Positions 8,252 through 16,663 of a stretch of DNA of 32,000 nucleotides are shown piece after piece; position 1 is the first letter of the stretch; each line of letters starts with the position of its first letter. This stretch comes from Gemmata obscuriglobus (GTDB taxonomy: Bacteria; Planctomycetota; Planctomycetia; Gemmatales; Gemmataceae). The DNA lies in contig NZ_CP042911.1 in NCBI RefSeq assembly GCF_008065095.1, forward strand, positions 6,330,001-6,362,000, given 5' to 3'. The position numbers and the translations under genes are program-made. The notes under the pieces were generated by a model. That model ran no database searches, was not told where the DNA came from, and saw only the letters and a program-made list of their open reading frames with translations.

Positions 8252-8728
8252 TCATTTCTTTCGGATGTACTCATACCTTGAGCGACCCCCGTCAACACGA
8301 GATGCGGTAACCAACTTCTCTTTAGTGATCTCTTCCGCCAGCAAGCTGTAAAATTTATTGTCATTTGTATATTTTAGCGAAACCACCTTGCCACTCACCT
8401 CGTATGTACCCTGCTGCTGCCTGATGCCATATTTTGCGTCATTTGTTTCAAATTCAAATGTTCCATTTTTGTTGAATCTTACAGTAACAGTTACAAGTTT
8501 TGGCACCGCTGGATTGCTTGTTTTGACAGCCTGCCACTCACCAACAAGCAGTTCATGCGTCGATGGCTTCTCGCGCGGCGGAGGCGCCAGCGGGCGCCCG
8601 TCGCCCACTCGTTTCTGATCCTGAGCGACAACCGCCCCCCAGCTACTCATCATCGGAACAGCATCGGCCACAAAAACGATAAGAGAGAATGTGAGCGATG
8701 CAAGCCGGGCAGGAAGTCGCGTTTTCAC
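8252..8728 (-). CDS. Small secreted lipocalin-like protein (GxW paralog 2)
   Basis: GTG 8728 is preceded by AGGAG 9 nt upstream and gives (M)KTRLPARLASLTFSLIVFVADA, a signal-like sequence. This is followed by LLVGEWQAVKT and 'GTYEVSGKVVSL'. The track ORF extends to 8761. Confidence 0.75.
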   Translation of the reverse strand: MKTRLPARLASLTFSLIVFVADAVPMMSSWGAVVAQDQKRVGDGRPLAPPPREKPSTHELLVGEWQAVKTSNPAVPKLVTVTVRFNKNGTFEFETNDAKYGIRQQQGTYEVSGKVVSLKYTNDNKFYSLLAEEITKEKLVTASRVDGGRSRYEYIRKK

Positions 8729-9009
8729 AACTAGATACTCCTGAAAATCAAACAAGCGCACCTATTGCCTTGAGAGGTGTGAATGGTAACTATCTTTATC
8801 TCGGCTTGCAAACAAATTCTACGAATTTGCCGATCAACAGGATTGCTGGCGGCTTGCGCGAACATCGCAGCCTGCATTTGCAGGCACTCGCTACGCACCG
8901 GCCGGCAACGCGTCGTGAGCTCACCCCTCGAAGCACTCGGCGCCAAGACTGCCCAGGCGAGCAAGGGAAAATCAATTACTCCTCCAAAAAGACAACGTTC
9001 GCGATTGTC

Positions 9010-9474
9010 TCACTCCCCTTCCAGGACACGTCGCCATCTCTTTGGGCTGTGAATTCGCCGCACGCCGAGTGTAGTTAAAATCTCCTTGTCGTTTATTTCT
9101 TCAATATTCATGTAGCGAGTTCGTATCGGGTTGCCGTCGTCATCAACCGGCGAAGTTATTGATAGAACCGTATCGCTGATCAGATACAATCCACTGACAT
9201 CTGCCACCCTGCCGTTTTTGCAATCAACATGAATATCAATCAGGACATTCTCATGAAATTTGAAATATACATTCCAGTCATCTTGTATCTTTCGGCCATT
9301 TTCCTCAACCACTCGCCATTTCCCAATTATCATCTCCGCCACGGTCTTCTTCATTCGCGGCGGCGGCGCGGTGGGCAGCCCGCTCGCAGTCTCCTTCTCC
9401 GCGAGCGCGCCGACCTCGCTCGGCGGCACCTCAAGGGGAGCTGAGCAGCTAAATGCAAATAAGGTCACAGCCAC
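9010..9474 (-). CDS. Lipocalin-like protein (GxW paralog 3), 5' end clipped by the IS66-family element
   Basis: MIIGKWRVVEENG...GLYLISDTVLSI matches the pattern of paralogs 1 and 2. The only available start (GTG 9474-9472) is a hybrid codon spanning the IS end at 9473. Only a partial hydrophobic leader (AVTLFAFSC) remains. Confidence 0.65.
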   Translation of the reverse strand: MAVTLFAFSCSAPLEVPPSEVGALAEKETASGLPTAPPPRMKKTVAEMIIGKWRVVEENGRKIQDDWNVYFKFHENVLIDIHVDCKNGRVADVSGLYLISDTVLSITSPVDDDGNPIRTRYMNIEEINDKEILTTLGVRRIHSPKRWRRVLEGE

Positions 9475-9556
9475 GACTGGCAGAGCCGTAGCCGTTCACA
9501 GGTGAGACATCGGCATATCAGCGAATTGATATGCCGACGCCGTGCGGGAATTCGGA

Positions 9557-10098
9557 TTAGGCCGGGAGCAGTGTCGGTGCCGGCTCGCCATTGCGGTGTG
9601 AGCGGATGGCGTCGGTGAGGAATGCCAAGGCGTTGCGGTTCTGCCGGCGGCACGAGGCGAGGACCGTCAAGATGCGTTCCACGAATCGGCTCCCGCGTTC
9701 GCTGTCGGTCCCGAAGCTGGTCTTGCGCCAGCACACCGCGTGGCGCACTTCGCGCTCGGCCGCGTTGTTGGTCGGTTCCACACCGACGACCCGCGCGAAC
9801 GTCCACAACGACGCCTCGACGGCCAACAGGTCGCCGCAGGTGGCGGCGGTCTTGGCGCAGCTGCACGCGGCCCCGGTCCGCAGGTGCTCGCCGACCTGGT
9901 GACGCAATTCGGGGACGTAGCTGGATCGGAATGTGGACCGCGCGAGGGTTCCGCCCCGAACCCGATACCAGTGCTCGAACAGGGCGTTCGAACTCGCCAA
10001 CAGAGCCGCACCGATCGCCATCCCGGAACCGCCGCGGTCGATCATCGCCTGGAAATCGCGACGCAGGTGCGCCCAGCACAGCTGGCGCTTGTGCTTAG
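9557..10098 (-). pseudogene. IS66-family transposase, C-terminal half (interrupted gene)
   Basis: ...KHKRQLCWAHLRRDFQAMIDR...VEPTNNAAEREVRHAVCWRKTSFGTDSERGSRFVERILTVLASCRRQ. The CWAH..R.F and TNN.AER..R motifs are characteristic of IS66 transposases. Confidence 0.85.
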
Positions 10099-10106
10099 TA
10101 CTACTC

Positions 10107-10149
10107 CGTTAGAGGCACGAATCGTCTCAAGCGATTCGTGCCTCTAACG
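10107..10149 (+). promoter_or_regulatory. Perfect 18-bp hairpin between the left IR and the transposase start codon of the IS701-like element
   Basis: cgttagaggcacgaatcg / loop tctcaag / cgattcgtgcctctaacg. The left arm overlaps the terminal IR, and the right arm ends 4 nt before ATG 10154. Confidence 0.6.
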
Positions 10150-10153
10150 TTGC

Positions 10154-11452
10154 ATGAAGACCTATACTCCTACTCTCGATCCTGCGGTCCTCGACCGGCT
10201 CCGTGAGTACGCGGCCCTGTTCGCGGATGAGTTCCCCCAGGCCAAGCCCGCTGCGTGGGCGGGCGTCTACCTCCAAGGGTTGCTGTTGGATGGGGAGCGC
10301 AAATCGATCGAACCGCTCTCCCACCGGGTGCGGCTGCCCGAGGGGCTCACCTCGAAGGATCCCGAGCAGGCGCTCCAACAGTTCGTCAACCAAAGCCCTT
10401 GGGATGACAAGGCCGTGCTCCGGCGCTACCGCGCGCACCTCGCCCCGACGTTCGCCAGCCCCGAAGGCATTTTCCTCTTCGACGACGTGTCCTTCCCCAA
10501 ACAGGGGACGCACTCCGTCGGGGTCCAGCGGCAGTACTGCGGGGCGTTGGGCAAGAAGGCCAACTGCCAGGTCGCCGTCAGCGCCCACTATGTCGGCCCC
10601 AAAGGTCACTACCCTCTGGACGTCCGCCTGTACCTGCCGGACGCGTGGCTCAAGGACGGCAAGCGACTCAACAAGGTGGGCATTCCCAAGGACCAGCGGC
10701 GGTCCGTGACCAAACCGGAGATCGCTCTGGAATTGCTGGACCGGGTTCGGGCCGAGGGCTTGCCCGGTCGCTTCGTCGTGGCCGATGCCGGGTACGGTGT
10801 TTCGGGTCCGTTTCGCGCCGGGTTGGAGCAACGTGGGCTGACGTACATCGTCGGCGTGAACGGGGACTTCGTGGTGTTCACGGAACAACCGACGTGGGAT
10901 CGGCCCACGGCCGGCCCATCCGGGCCGGGCCGGCCCCGGACGCGACCCCAGTTGGCCCCGAACAGTCCCCGACCCGTGACCTTGAGTGAACTGGCCGCGC
11001 GCACGCGGCGGCACCGGGTGGGCTGGCGCGAGGGCACGAAGGGGACGTTGTCCGAGCACTTCGCGTGGGTCCGGGTGTGGCCGGCCCACGGGTGGAAGAC
11101 GGGCGAGTGTGCGGACGAGAAGCCGTTGTGGGTGTTGGTCGAGAAGCAAGGCGAGGATGGTCCGTTGAAGTTCGCATTCTCGAACCGACCGGCGGGCACG
11201 AGTCGGATCGCGGCGGTGCGGCTGTGGAAGAGCCGGTGGCCGGTGGAACAGGGGTACCAGCAATTGAAGGAGGAGTTGGGGTTGGACCACTTCGAGGGCC
11301 GGTCGTGGCGCGGGTTCCACCACCACGCGGCCATGACCCTGTTGGCGTACGGGTTCCTGTTGCTCGAGAGAGACCGGCTCGGGGCCGAACGGGATCGGGC
11401 CAACCGCACCCGCCCGGAGCGGGTAAAAAAGGGGGCGCCGAACCGCCCCTGA
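10154..11452 (+). CDS. IS701-family DDE transposase
   Basis: FLFDDVSFPKQGTHSVGVQRQYCGALGKKANCQV...RFVVADAGYG...WPVEQGYQQLKEELGLDHFEGRSWRGFHHH shows the typical IS701/ISL3-like DDE_5 signature order. Confidence 0.9.
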   Translation: MKTYTPTLDPAVLDRLREYAALFADEFPQAKPAAWAGVYLQGLLLDGERKSIEPLSHRVRLPEGLTSKDPEQALQQFVNQSPWDDKAVLRRYRAHLAPTFASPEGIFLFDDVSFPKQGTHSVGVQRQYCGALGKKANCQVAVSAHYVGPKGHYPLDVRLYLPDAWLKDGKRLNKVGIPKDQRRSVTKPEIALELLDRVRAEGLPGRFVVADAGYGVSGPFRAGLEQRGLTYIVGVNGDFVVFTEQPTWDRPTAGPSGPGRPRTRPQLAPNSPRPVTLSELAARTRRHRVGWREGTKGTLSEHFAWVRVWPAHGWKTGECADEKPLWVLVEKQGEDGPLKFAFSNRPAGTSRIAAVRLWKSRWPVEQGYQQLKEELGLDHFEGRSWRGFHHHAAMTLLAYGFLLLERDRLGAERDRANRTRPERVKKGAPNRP

Positions 11453-11566
11453 CCTTGCCCGGCGTCCGCCGCGCGTTGCAACACCTGCTCCGCCCGTGGG
11501 CCCAGCCGGACTGTGTCCACTGCCGGGCACAGCACTTACATCCGATTCAAATCTAACGGAGTAGTA

Positions 11567-12447
11567 TTAGAAAGGTGCGCGTACACCGGATACCGGTCGG
11601 TCGTGTGGACGGCCGCCGAGCCCGCTCGCAGGTCCTCGAAGGCGCTTCGGCCCCGGGTGTTGCGGATCAGGAAGGCCACCACGAACGTGGTCACGGCCAC
11701 CCACAACCAGGCCCGCTGGCTCCCTTGGGTCCAGCCGGTCTCGTCCACGTTGGCCGGTTGCCCGCGGGCGTAGATCAGGGCGCCCGCGGCCACCGGCTTC
11801 AACGCCTCCGCGGTGCGGTGCTGGAGCTTGCACACCATCGCCGGGCTCAGGGGCAGGGCGAACAGGTCGGCGAACAATTGGCTCGTGCCGCGCTTGCCCA
11901 GGCGGCACGAGCCGGTGAGCATCGCGGCCACCGCCTGAGCCCGGGGCCCATATCCGGTCGCCGCCTCGGCCGGCACCGCCGCCACGGTCGTCGTGCCGCA
12001 GTGCGGGCACCGGAGCCGGTGGCACCGATACTCGGTGACGTGAGGCGTGATGACCGGGATCTCGTGGACCCGATGAACGGCCGGTTGCGGGTCGTCCCCG
12101 GTCAACGGGTGCGCACAGCCCCGGCACGTGGTCGGCTGGAGGGCCCGGATCTCATCGGCCGGCAGCAGGGTGCGTTCCGCCTTGGGGTGCCCCGGTTGGC
12201 CCCCGCGACGCTTGCCCGAGGGCGGCTTGGGCGGGGCCGGTTTCACGTGCGGGGCGTCGGACGAAGGGGGCTTGGACGAGTTGGTGGAGTTCTGGTTGAG
12301 ACGGGCCTCGAGTTCCGCGACGCGGGTGGTGAGCCCGGTCACCTGGGCGGTGAGCTCGGCAATCGTGGCCTCCAGAATGCGGATATACGCCACGACCTGT
12401 GGGGGCAGGTCGCTCGGGAGTTCCGGCGGTTGAGGGACAGGCGTCAT
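11567..12447 (-). pseudogene. IS66-family transposase, N-terminal half (interrupted gene)
   Basis: Coiled-coil leader, then NSTNSSKPPSSD, a Zn-finger-like C..C...CPHCG and the DDE start NVDETGW. The track ORF (to 11536) ends with 10 residues read from the nested IS. Confidence 0.85.
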
Positions 12448-12765
12448 CGCGTCCGTTCAATTACGGAAGACGGGTACTTGAGGCAACCACTCACGGACCT
12501 CATGCAAAAAGCCCTGAAAAACGCAGGGCCAGTCTCCTGTGAACGGTTACGGCAGAGCCAGTCGTCGCGCGCTCATGGCAGCTCCCCAAGGGTAGGTCCA
12601 GTGTCATCACATTGATTCATTGAACGATTGAGCAAGGGCCGACACCGCCAACGTTAAACAATTTGCCGCGTATAGTCAATTAAAAATCAACCGCCCGTTC
12701 ACAATTGTCGATCGCAAGCAAAGCGTGAGCAAGGCCACGGAGACAATTCTGTCACCACGCGAGCG

Positions 12766-13146
12766 TCACTTTGCGGTGATCTTGAAGCGGCCCGCGCCCT
12801 GGACCCGGACTTCCGAGGCCCCGACCGTTTGGACATCGCCACCGTTCCACCAGAGCGTGCCCTGGACCTTCAGCGTGCTGCTGCTCAGGATGCGCCGGCC
12901 CGTGTTCCAGACTTCGAGCTGCGCGTCGGGCGCGATCGTGAGGCTGGCGGCGGCGATCGTGCCGCACCGCCAACTGCCCTTGGCGCCGGTACCCAGCACC
13001 CGCGCCCCGTCCGCCAGGGTGCCTCCCCACTGGTCGAAGGTGGTCGTTACGGTCAGCGTGTGCGTCAGCGCGACGCGGGCCGTGGACGTGCCTCCCAGCT
13101 TCAGCCCTTCCCTTTCCATCATCGCGAAACGGACCATCGGCGTCAC
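12766..13146 (-). CDS. Hypothetical beta-strand-rich protein (Gly/Thr-rich, 'GTL' repeats)
   Basis: Strongly G/C-rich third codon positions in this frame only. Starts are GTG 13146 or ATG 13137, with an in-frame TGA just upstream. I recognise no family. It lies 25 nt from the IS3 left end. Confidence 0.45.
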   Translation of the reverse strand: MTPMVRFAMMEREGLKLGGTSTARVALTHTLTVTTTFDQWGGTLADGARVLGTGAKGSWRCGTIAAASLTIAPDAQLEVWNTGRRILSSSTLKVQGTLWWNGGDVQTVGASEVRVQGAGRFKITAK

Positions 13147-13238
13147 TATTCACAACGATCGCCGCCGGAACAGTATAGTGGACCCCGAAAACTGGACCGC
13201 CGGTTAAGCTATACCGGAGGCCCAGGAAAGGGGAACCC

Positions 13239-13526
13239 ATGGCGGGCAAGCGGAAGAGTCACTCGGCGGCGTTCAAGGCCCAGGTCGCGCTGGCGGCCCT
13301 CAAGGGCGACAAGACCATCAACGAACTGGCGAGTCAGCACGGCGTCCACCCGACCCTGATTCATGGGTGGAAGAAGCAGTTGCTCACCGGGGCCGAGGCC
13401 GTGTTCGCCTCGGGGGCGAAGGGCACCGGCCCCCCGGAAGACAAGACGACCGAGTTGTACGAGCAGATCGGCCGCCTCAAGGTGGAACTCGACTGGGTGA
13501 AAAAAAAATCGGCCGCCCTCGGCTGA
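13239..13526 (+). CDS. IS3-family transposase OrfA (HTH)
   Basis: KRKSHSAAFKAQVALAALKGDKTINELASQHGVHPTLIHGWKKQLL plus a leucine-zipper-like tail ending in the A-run. This is a typical IS3/IS911 OrfA. Confidence 0.9.
   Translation: MAGKRKSHSAAFKAQVALAALKGDKTINELASQHGVHPTLIHGWKKQLLTGAEAVFASGAKGTGPPEDKTTELYEQIGRLKVELDWVKKKSAALG
13500..13508 (+). promoter_or_regulatory. A9 homopolymer at the orfA/orfB overlap (recoding / slippage site)
   Basis: ggtg-aaaaaaaaa-tcgg. The orfB frame opens at 13501, immediately after a TGA at 13498-13500. Confidence 0.6.
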
Positions 13527-14367
13527 GGCCAAGCGTGCCCGGATCGAGGCCGAGCACCCGGAGCTGAGCGTCCGGCGCCAGTGCGAGCTGATCGGATTGA
13601 ACCGCTCGACGGTGTACTACGAGCCGACCCCGGAGAGCGCGGAGAACCTGACGCTGATGCGGTTGATCGACGAGCAGTACACGACGTGCCCGTTCTACGG
13701 GAGCCGGCGCCTGGCCGCGTGGCTGGGCACCCAGGGCCACGAGGTGAACCGCAAGCGGGTGCAGCGGCTGTTGCGGATCATGGGGTTGGAGGCCCTGTAC
13801 CCCAAGCCCAAGCTGTCGGTCGGGTCCGGGCACAAGGTGTACCCGTACCTGTTGCGGGGCGTGGCCATCGACCGGGTCCATCAGGTGTGGAGCACGGACA
13901 TCACGTACATCCCGATGCCCACCGGGTTCATGTACCTGGCCGCAACGATGGACTGGTTCAGCCGGTACGTGGTGGCCTGGCGACTGTCCAACACGTTGGA
14001 CGGGTCATTCTGCCAGGACATGCTGGAGGAGGCCTTGGGCCGGGGCAAGCCGGAGGTGTTCAACACGGACCAGGGAGTCCAGTTCACGGCCGCCGCGTGG
14101 GTCGGGCGATTGGAGCGGGCCGGGGTCGCGGTGAGCATGGACGGGCGGGGCCGGTGCCTGGACAACGTGTTCGTGGAGCGCCTGTGGCGGAGCGTCAAGT
14201 ACGAGGACGTGTACCTCAAGGGTTACGAGTCGGTGCCGGCCCTGGAGAGTGGGCTCCGGGCGTACTTCGGGTTCTACAACACCGAGCGGTTACACCAGTC
14301 CCTGGACTACCGCACCCCGGCTCAGGTGTATGGCGTCGGAGCCACGAAGGCCCCGACGAAACAGTAG
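13501..14367 (+). CDS. IS3-family transposase OrfB (rve/DDE integrase core)
   Basis: The frame opening at 13501 reads KKNRPPSAEAKRARIEAEHPELSVRRQCELIGLNRSTVYY. It continues with HQVWSTDITYIPM...NTDQGVQFTA...DNVFVERLWRSVKYE...YNTERLHQSLDYRTP. The first ATG is at 13597. It is in the +1 frame relative to orfA. Confidence 0.9.
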   Translation, partial: KKNRPPSAEAKRARIEAEHPELSVRRQCELIGLNRSTVYYEPTPESAENLTLMRLIDEQYTTCPFYGSRRLAAWLGTQGHEVNRKRVQRLLRIMGLEALYPKPKLSVGSGHKVYPYLLRGVAIDRVHQVWSTDITYIPMPTGFMYLAATMDWFSRYVVAWRLSNTLDGSFCQDMLEEALGRGKPEVFNTDQGVQFTAAAWVGRLERAGVAVSMDGRGRCLDNVFVERLWRSVKYEDVYLKGYESVPALESGLRAYFGFYNTERLHQSLDYRTPAQVYGVGATKAPTKQ

Positions 14368-14515
14368 CGAAGGATAGCAACTTTTTGGTCTAGACAATGG
14401 GGTCCACTGTACAGCTTAATCTTCGAGCTGCTCAAGACCGGAAAATTTGACCAAACGGATCATGGGGGATACCAAGTGGCTAGAGTAAAATCATTCGAAA
14501 CACTACATAGATTCG

Positions 14516-16663
14516 TCAATTCTTCTGAACTTTCCAGACAAGGACGGTTGTGTCCTCTGAAGCCGTCGCCAACAGAGAGGAGTCAGCACTGAACGCCATT
14601 TCAAGAACTCGCGCCCCGTGCCCCCTCAAGGTGGTAACGAGCTTATACGACGGTATCGCATACAGACGAATCACCGGCACGTTCTTCTCCATCCCGCCGA
14701 CCGCCATCCTCCGCCGATCAGGGCTAAGCAGGAGCGGGCTTGGCGAACTGGCCCCGCCAGTAATCGCCCCCCTAACCGCCCGGTCACCAGTATCAGCCTC
14801 AAACTCACTCACTGTGTATCCACCATCCGACGCATTGTGGAATAGAAGAATCGTCCACCCGTTCCCCAGCACGTGCAGCCCGTCATATGGCCACGGCTGG
14901 AGCCCATCTACCGTATTCTCAGATAGCTTCTCCTTTGTTCGCAGATCCCAGGTGGTGATCTTGAGCGGGTTAGCTGCTCGCGGCCGTGCTCGACCGTTCG
15001 GCTGAATGACTATTAGCCGGGAGCCGTCGGGCGAAAAGCCACAGACGGCTCTTTCCGGGACTTCGACCTCTGGGCTCTTCACCTGCTTACCGGTTTTCAC
15101 GTCGAAAAGAGGAAGATAGGTAGGAGGTGCCCCCTTCTCCCAACGATAGCTACCGCCTCGAACCAAGAACTCGCCCGTCGGCGAATAAACGGTTCGTTCG
15201 TCGGACCTCTCCAGGTTAACCGGCTCGGTTTTCTGAAGCACCCGTCCCGTTTTGAGGTCGCAGATCAGGGCACTACCGCCCCAACGGCCCGCTCGTCCAA
15301 GAACAAACGTGCGGCAGTCCGGGGAAATGGCTTCAACGAACCCGTCGTCTACAAACTCGCTAGGCAGGTCTCGCGGGCGAATGGACACAACCGTCGGCTC
15401 GCCACCGGACAGCGTCCAGTTGAGCGGGCTTGCGATGCCGGCCATGGCCAAATACAGGGATTTTCCATCGGGCGCGAACCGCATTGTCAGTGGCAGGGAC
15501 GGATAACCTGAGACCGGTGTTAAGAAGCGACCCTGCTCGGCATCCCAGGTGGCCACCGCTTCGCCCCACCTTCCGAGTCCGGTCAACCGCCCGTCGGGCG
15601 TGTATTCGATAGCATCCCCCAAGAGTTTACCGCGAGGGACGATGGCGGGCGGCAACTCGGGTGGGGCGTGCGCCGCCCGGTGCTTCCCGGTGGCGGCGTC
15701 CCACACCAGCACTCGGCCAGAGGATTCCAGGTTGGCGACCCACTTGCCGTCCCGGGAGAAGGTCCAAGAAACCGGCCGCGCGGCGCCCACGACCGTTTCG
15801 AGCGAGCACACCTTCTTCTTGGTGCCCAGATCCCAGATGACGCCGTGGCCGTCGCCGTCGACCGCTACGACTCGGGTCGAATCTGAGAAGAACACAACAG
15901 TGCCGGCGTACGTCTCTCCGGTGTCGAGCAAGTACCGCTCACGCCCGGTAGCCACATCCCAGACCTGAATCTGCCCGCACACCGCCGCCGGCGCGTCCGA
16001 GTTCGGGTCTCGCACCCCTTCGGCCCCGCCGGTGACCAGCGTCTTTCCGTTGGGAGAAATGACGGCCCACACCCACGCCCGCTGGACCACCTCGAATTCC
16101 TGAGCCACCACCTTCTCACCGAGTCGGAGCACCATTGCCCGGCCGCTTGCCCCATTCATCTGAGGTCTCTCGCAGCCGAACGCGACGGTGGCCCCGTCCG
16201 CCGACACCGACAAGGGGCTGATGCGGACGCCGTTATCGATGACGGGCAACCCGTCCCAACTCGTCACCTCACGCCCCGAGTTGGTGTCGAATACCCGCAG
16301 CGTTTTACCGTCCACCACGAACAATCGGTTGCCACGCACCACCGGTGGTGACATGTAGACCGGCTCGCGTGCGAAGTAGAACGACCTCTCGATCACACCA
16401 GAGTCGAGGTTCAGTAGCCCGGCTGCGTCGCGGCTGGTCAGCAGCGCCCGGCCATTGGGCGCAAAGCTATCGGGAGCGAAGAAGGGCGCGGTGCGAAACC
16501 GAGCCGTTCCCAAACGGGCCACGGCCCCATTGGGAAGCGGCTCTGGCACGCCCTTAGGCGGCGGCTCGCCCGCCCTCGCGGATACAGGAACAGCGAAAAT
16601 CGTTAAGAACAGGCCCGCAACGGAGGGGCCGTAGAAACGCGAGTTCCCATCTCGGTCGCTCAT
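14516..16663 (-). CDS. Secreted WD40 / beta-propeller repeat protein
   Basis: ATG 16663 gives MSDRDGNSRFYGPSVAGLFLTIFAVPVSARA, which is signal-like. The body has many 'SPDG/SRDG...tg' blades and a canonical final WD40 repeat: LRGHGARVLEMAFSADSSLLATASEDTTVLVWKV. The track ORF extends to 16828. Confidence 0.85.
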   Translation of the reverse strand: MSDRDGNSRFYGPSVAGLFLTIFAVPVSARAGEPPPKGVPEPLPNGAVARLGTARFRTAPFFAPDSFAPNGRALLTSRDAAGLLNLDSGVIERSFYFAREPVYMSPPVVRGNRLFVVDGKTLRVFDTNSGREVTSWDGLPVIDNGVRISPLSVSADGATVAFGCERPQMNGASGRAMVLRLGEKVVAQEFEVVQRAWVWAVISPNGKTLVTGGAEGVRDPNSDAPAAVCGQIQVWDVATGRERYLLDTGETYAGTVVFFSDSTRVVAVDGDGHGVIWDLGTKKKVCSLETVVGAARPVSWTFSRDGKWVANLESSGRVLVWDAATGKHRAAHAPPELPPAIVPRGKLLGDAIEYTPDGRLTGLGRWGEAVATWDAEQGRFLTPVSGYPSLPLTMRFAPDGKSLYLAMAGIASPLNWTLSGGEPTVVSIRPRDLPSEFVDDGFVEAISPDCRTFVLGRAGRWGGSALICDLKTGRVLQKTEPVNLERSDERTVYSPTGEFLVRGGSYRWEKGAPPTYLPLFDVKTGKQVKSPEVEVPERAVCGFSPDGSRLIVIQPNGRARPRAANPLKITTWDLRTKEKLSENTVDGLQPWPYDGLHVLGNGWTILLFHNASDGGYTVSEFEADTGDRAVRGAITGGASSPSPLLLSPDRRRMAVGGMEKNVPVIRLYAIPSYKLVTTLRGHGARVLEMAFSADSSLLATASEDTTVLVWKVQKN

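Larger units (their letters stand above)
10099..11566 (+). mobile_element. IS701-like (IS4-superfamily) insertion sequence, apparently intact, nested in the IS66 transposase gene
   Basis: Perfect 15-bp terminal inverted repeats: tactactccgttaga at 10099-10113 and its reverse complement at 11552-11566. These are flanked by a 4-bp direct repeat TTAG (10095-10098 and 11567-11570). Removing the element plus one TTAG restores the IS66 transposase frame. Confidence 0.9.
9473..12565 (-). mobile_element. IS66-family insertion sequence (single transposase ORF), inactivated by a nested IS
   Basis: Imperfect ~35-bp terminal inverted repeats: acgactggcagagccgtagccgttcacaggtgagac at 9473-9508, and the reverse complement of 12532-12565 (acgactggctctgccgtaaccgttcacaggagac). 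The interior encodes both halves of an IS66-type transposase. No direct repeat is visible at the flanks. Confidence 0.8.
13171..14414 (+). mobile_element. IS3-family insertion sequence (orfA/orfB)
   Basis: Imperfect terminal inverted repeats: cagtatagtggacccc...ctggacc on the left, and the reverse complement of ggtctag...ggggtccactgtacag on the right. The internal organisation is orfA + orfB. Boundaries are accurate to about +/-2 nt. No flanking direct repeat is visible. Confidence 0.8.

Noticed and set aside
10127-11535. 467-aa and 308-aa minus-strand ORFs opposite the IS701-like transposase
   Set aside because: These are typical high-G+C antisense shadow ORFs. Their composition is Arg/Pro/Gly-rich with no motifs, whereas the plus-strand frame carries clear DDE transposase signatures.
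11575-12615. 346-aa plus-strand ORF opposite the IS66 transposase N-terminal half
   Set aside because: Antisense shadow ORF, Arg/Gly-rich, with no recognisable motif.
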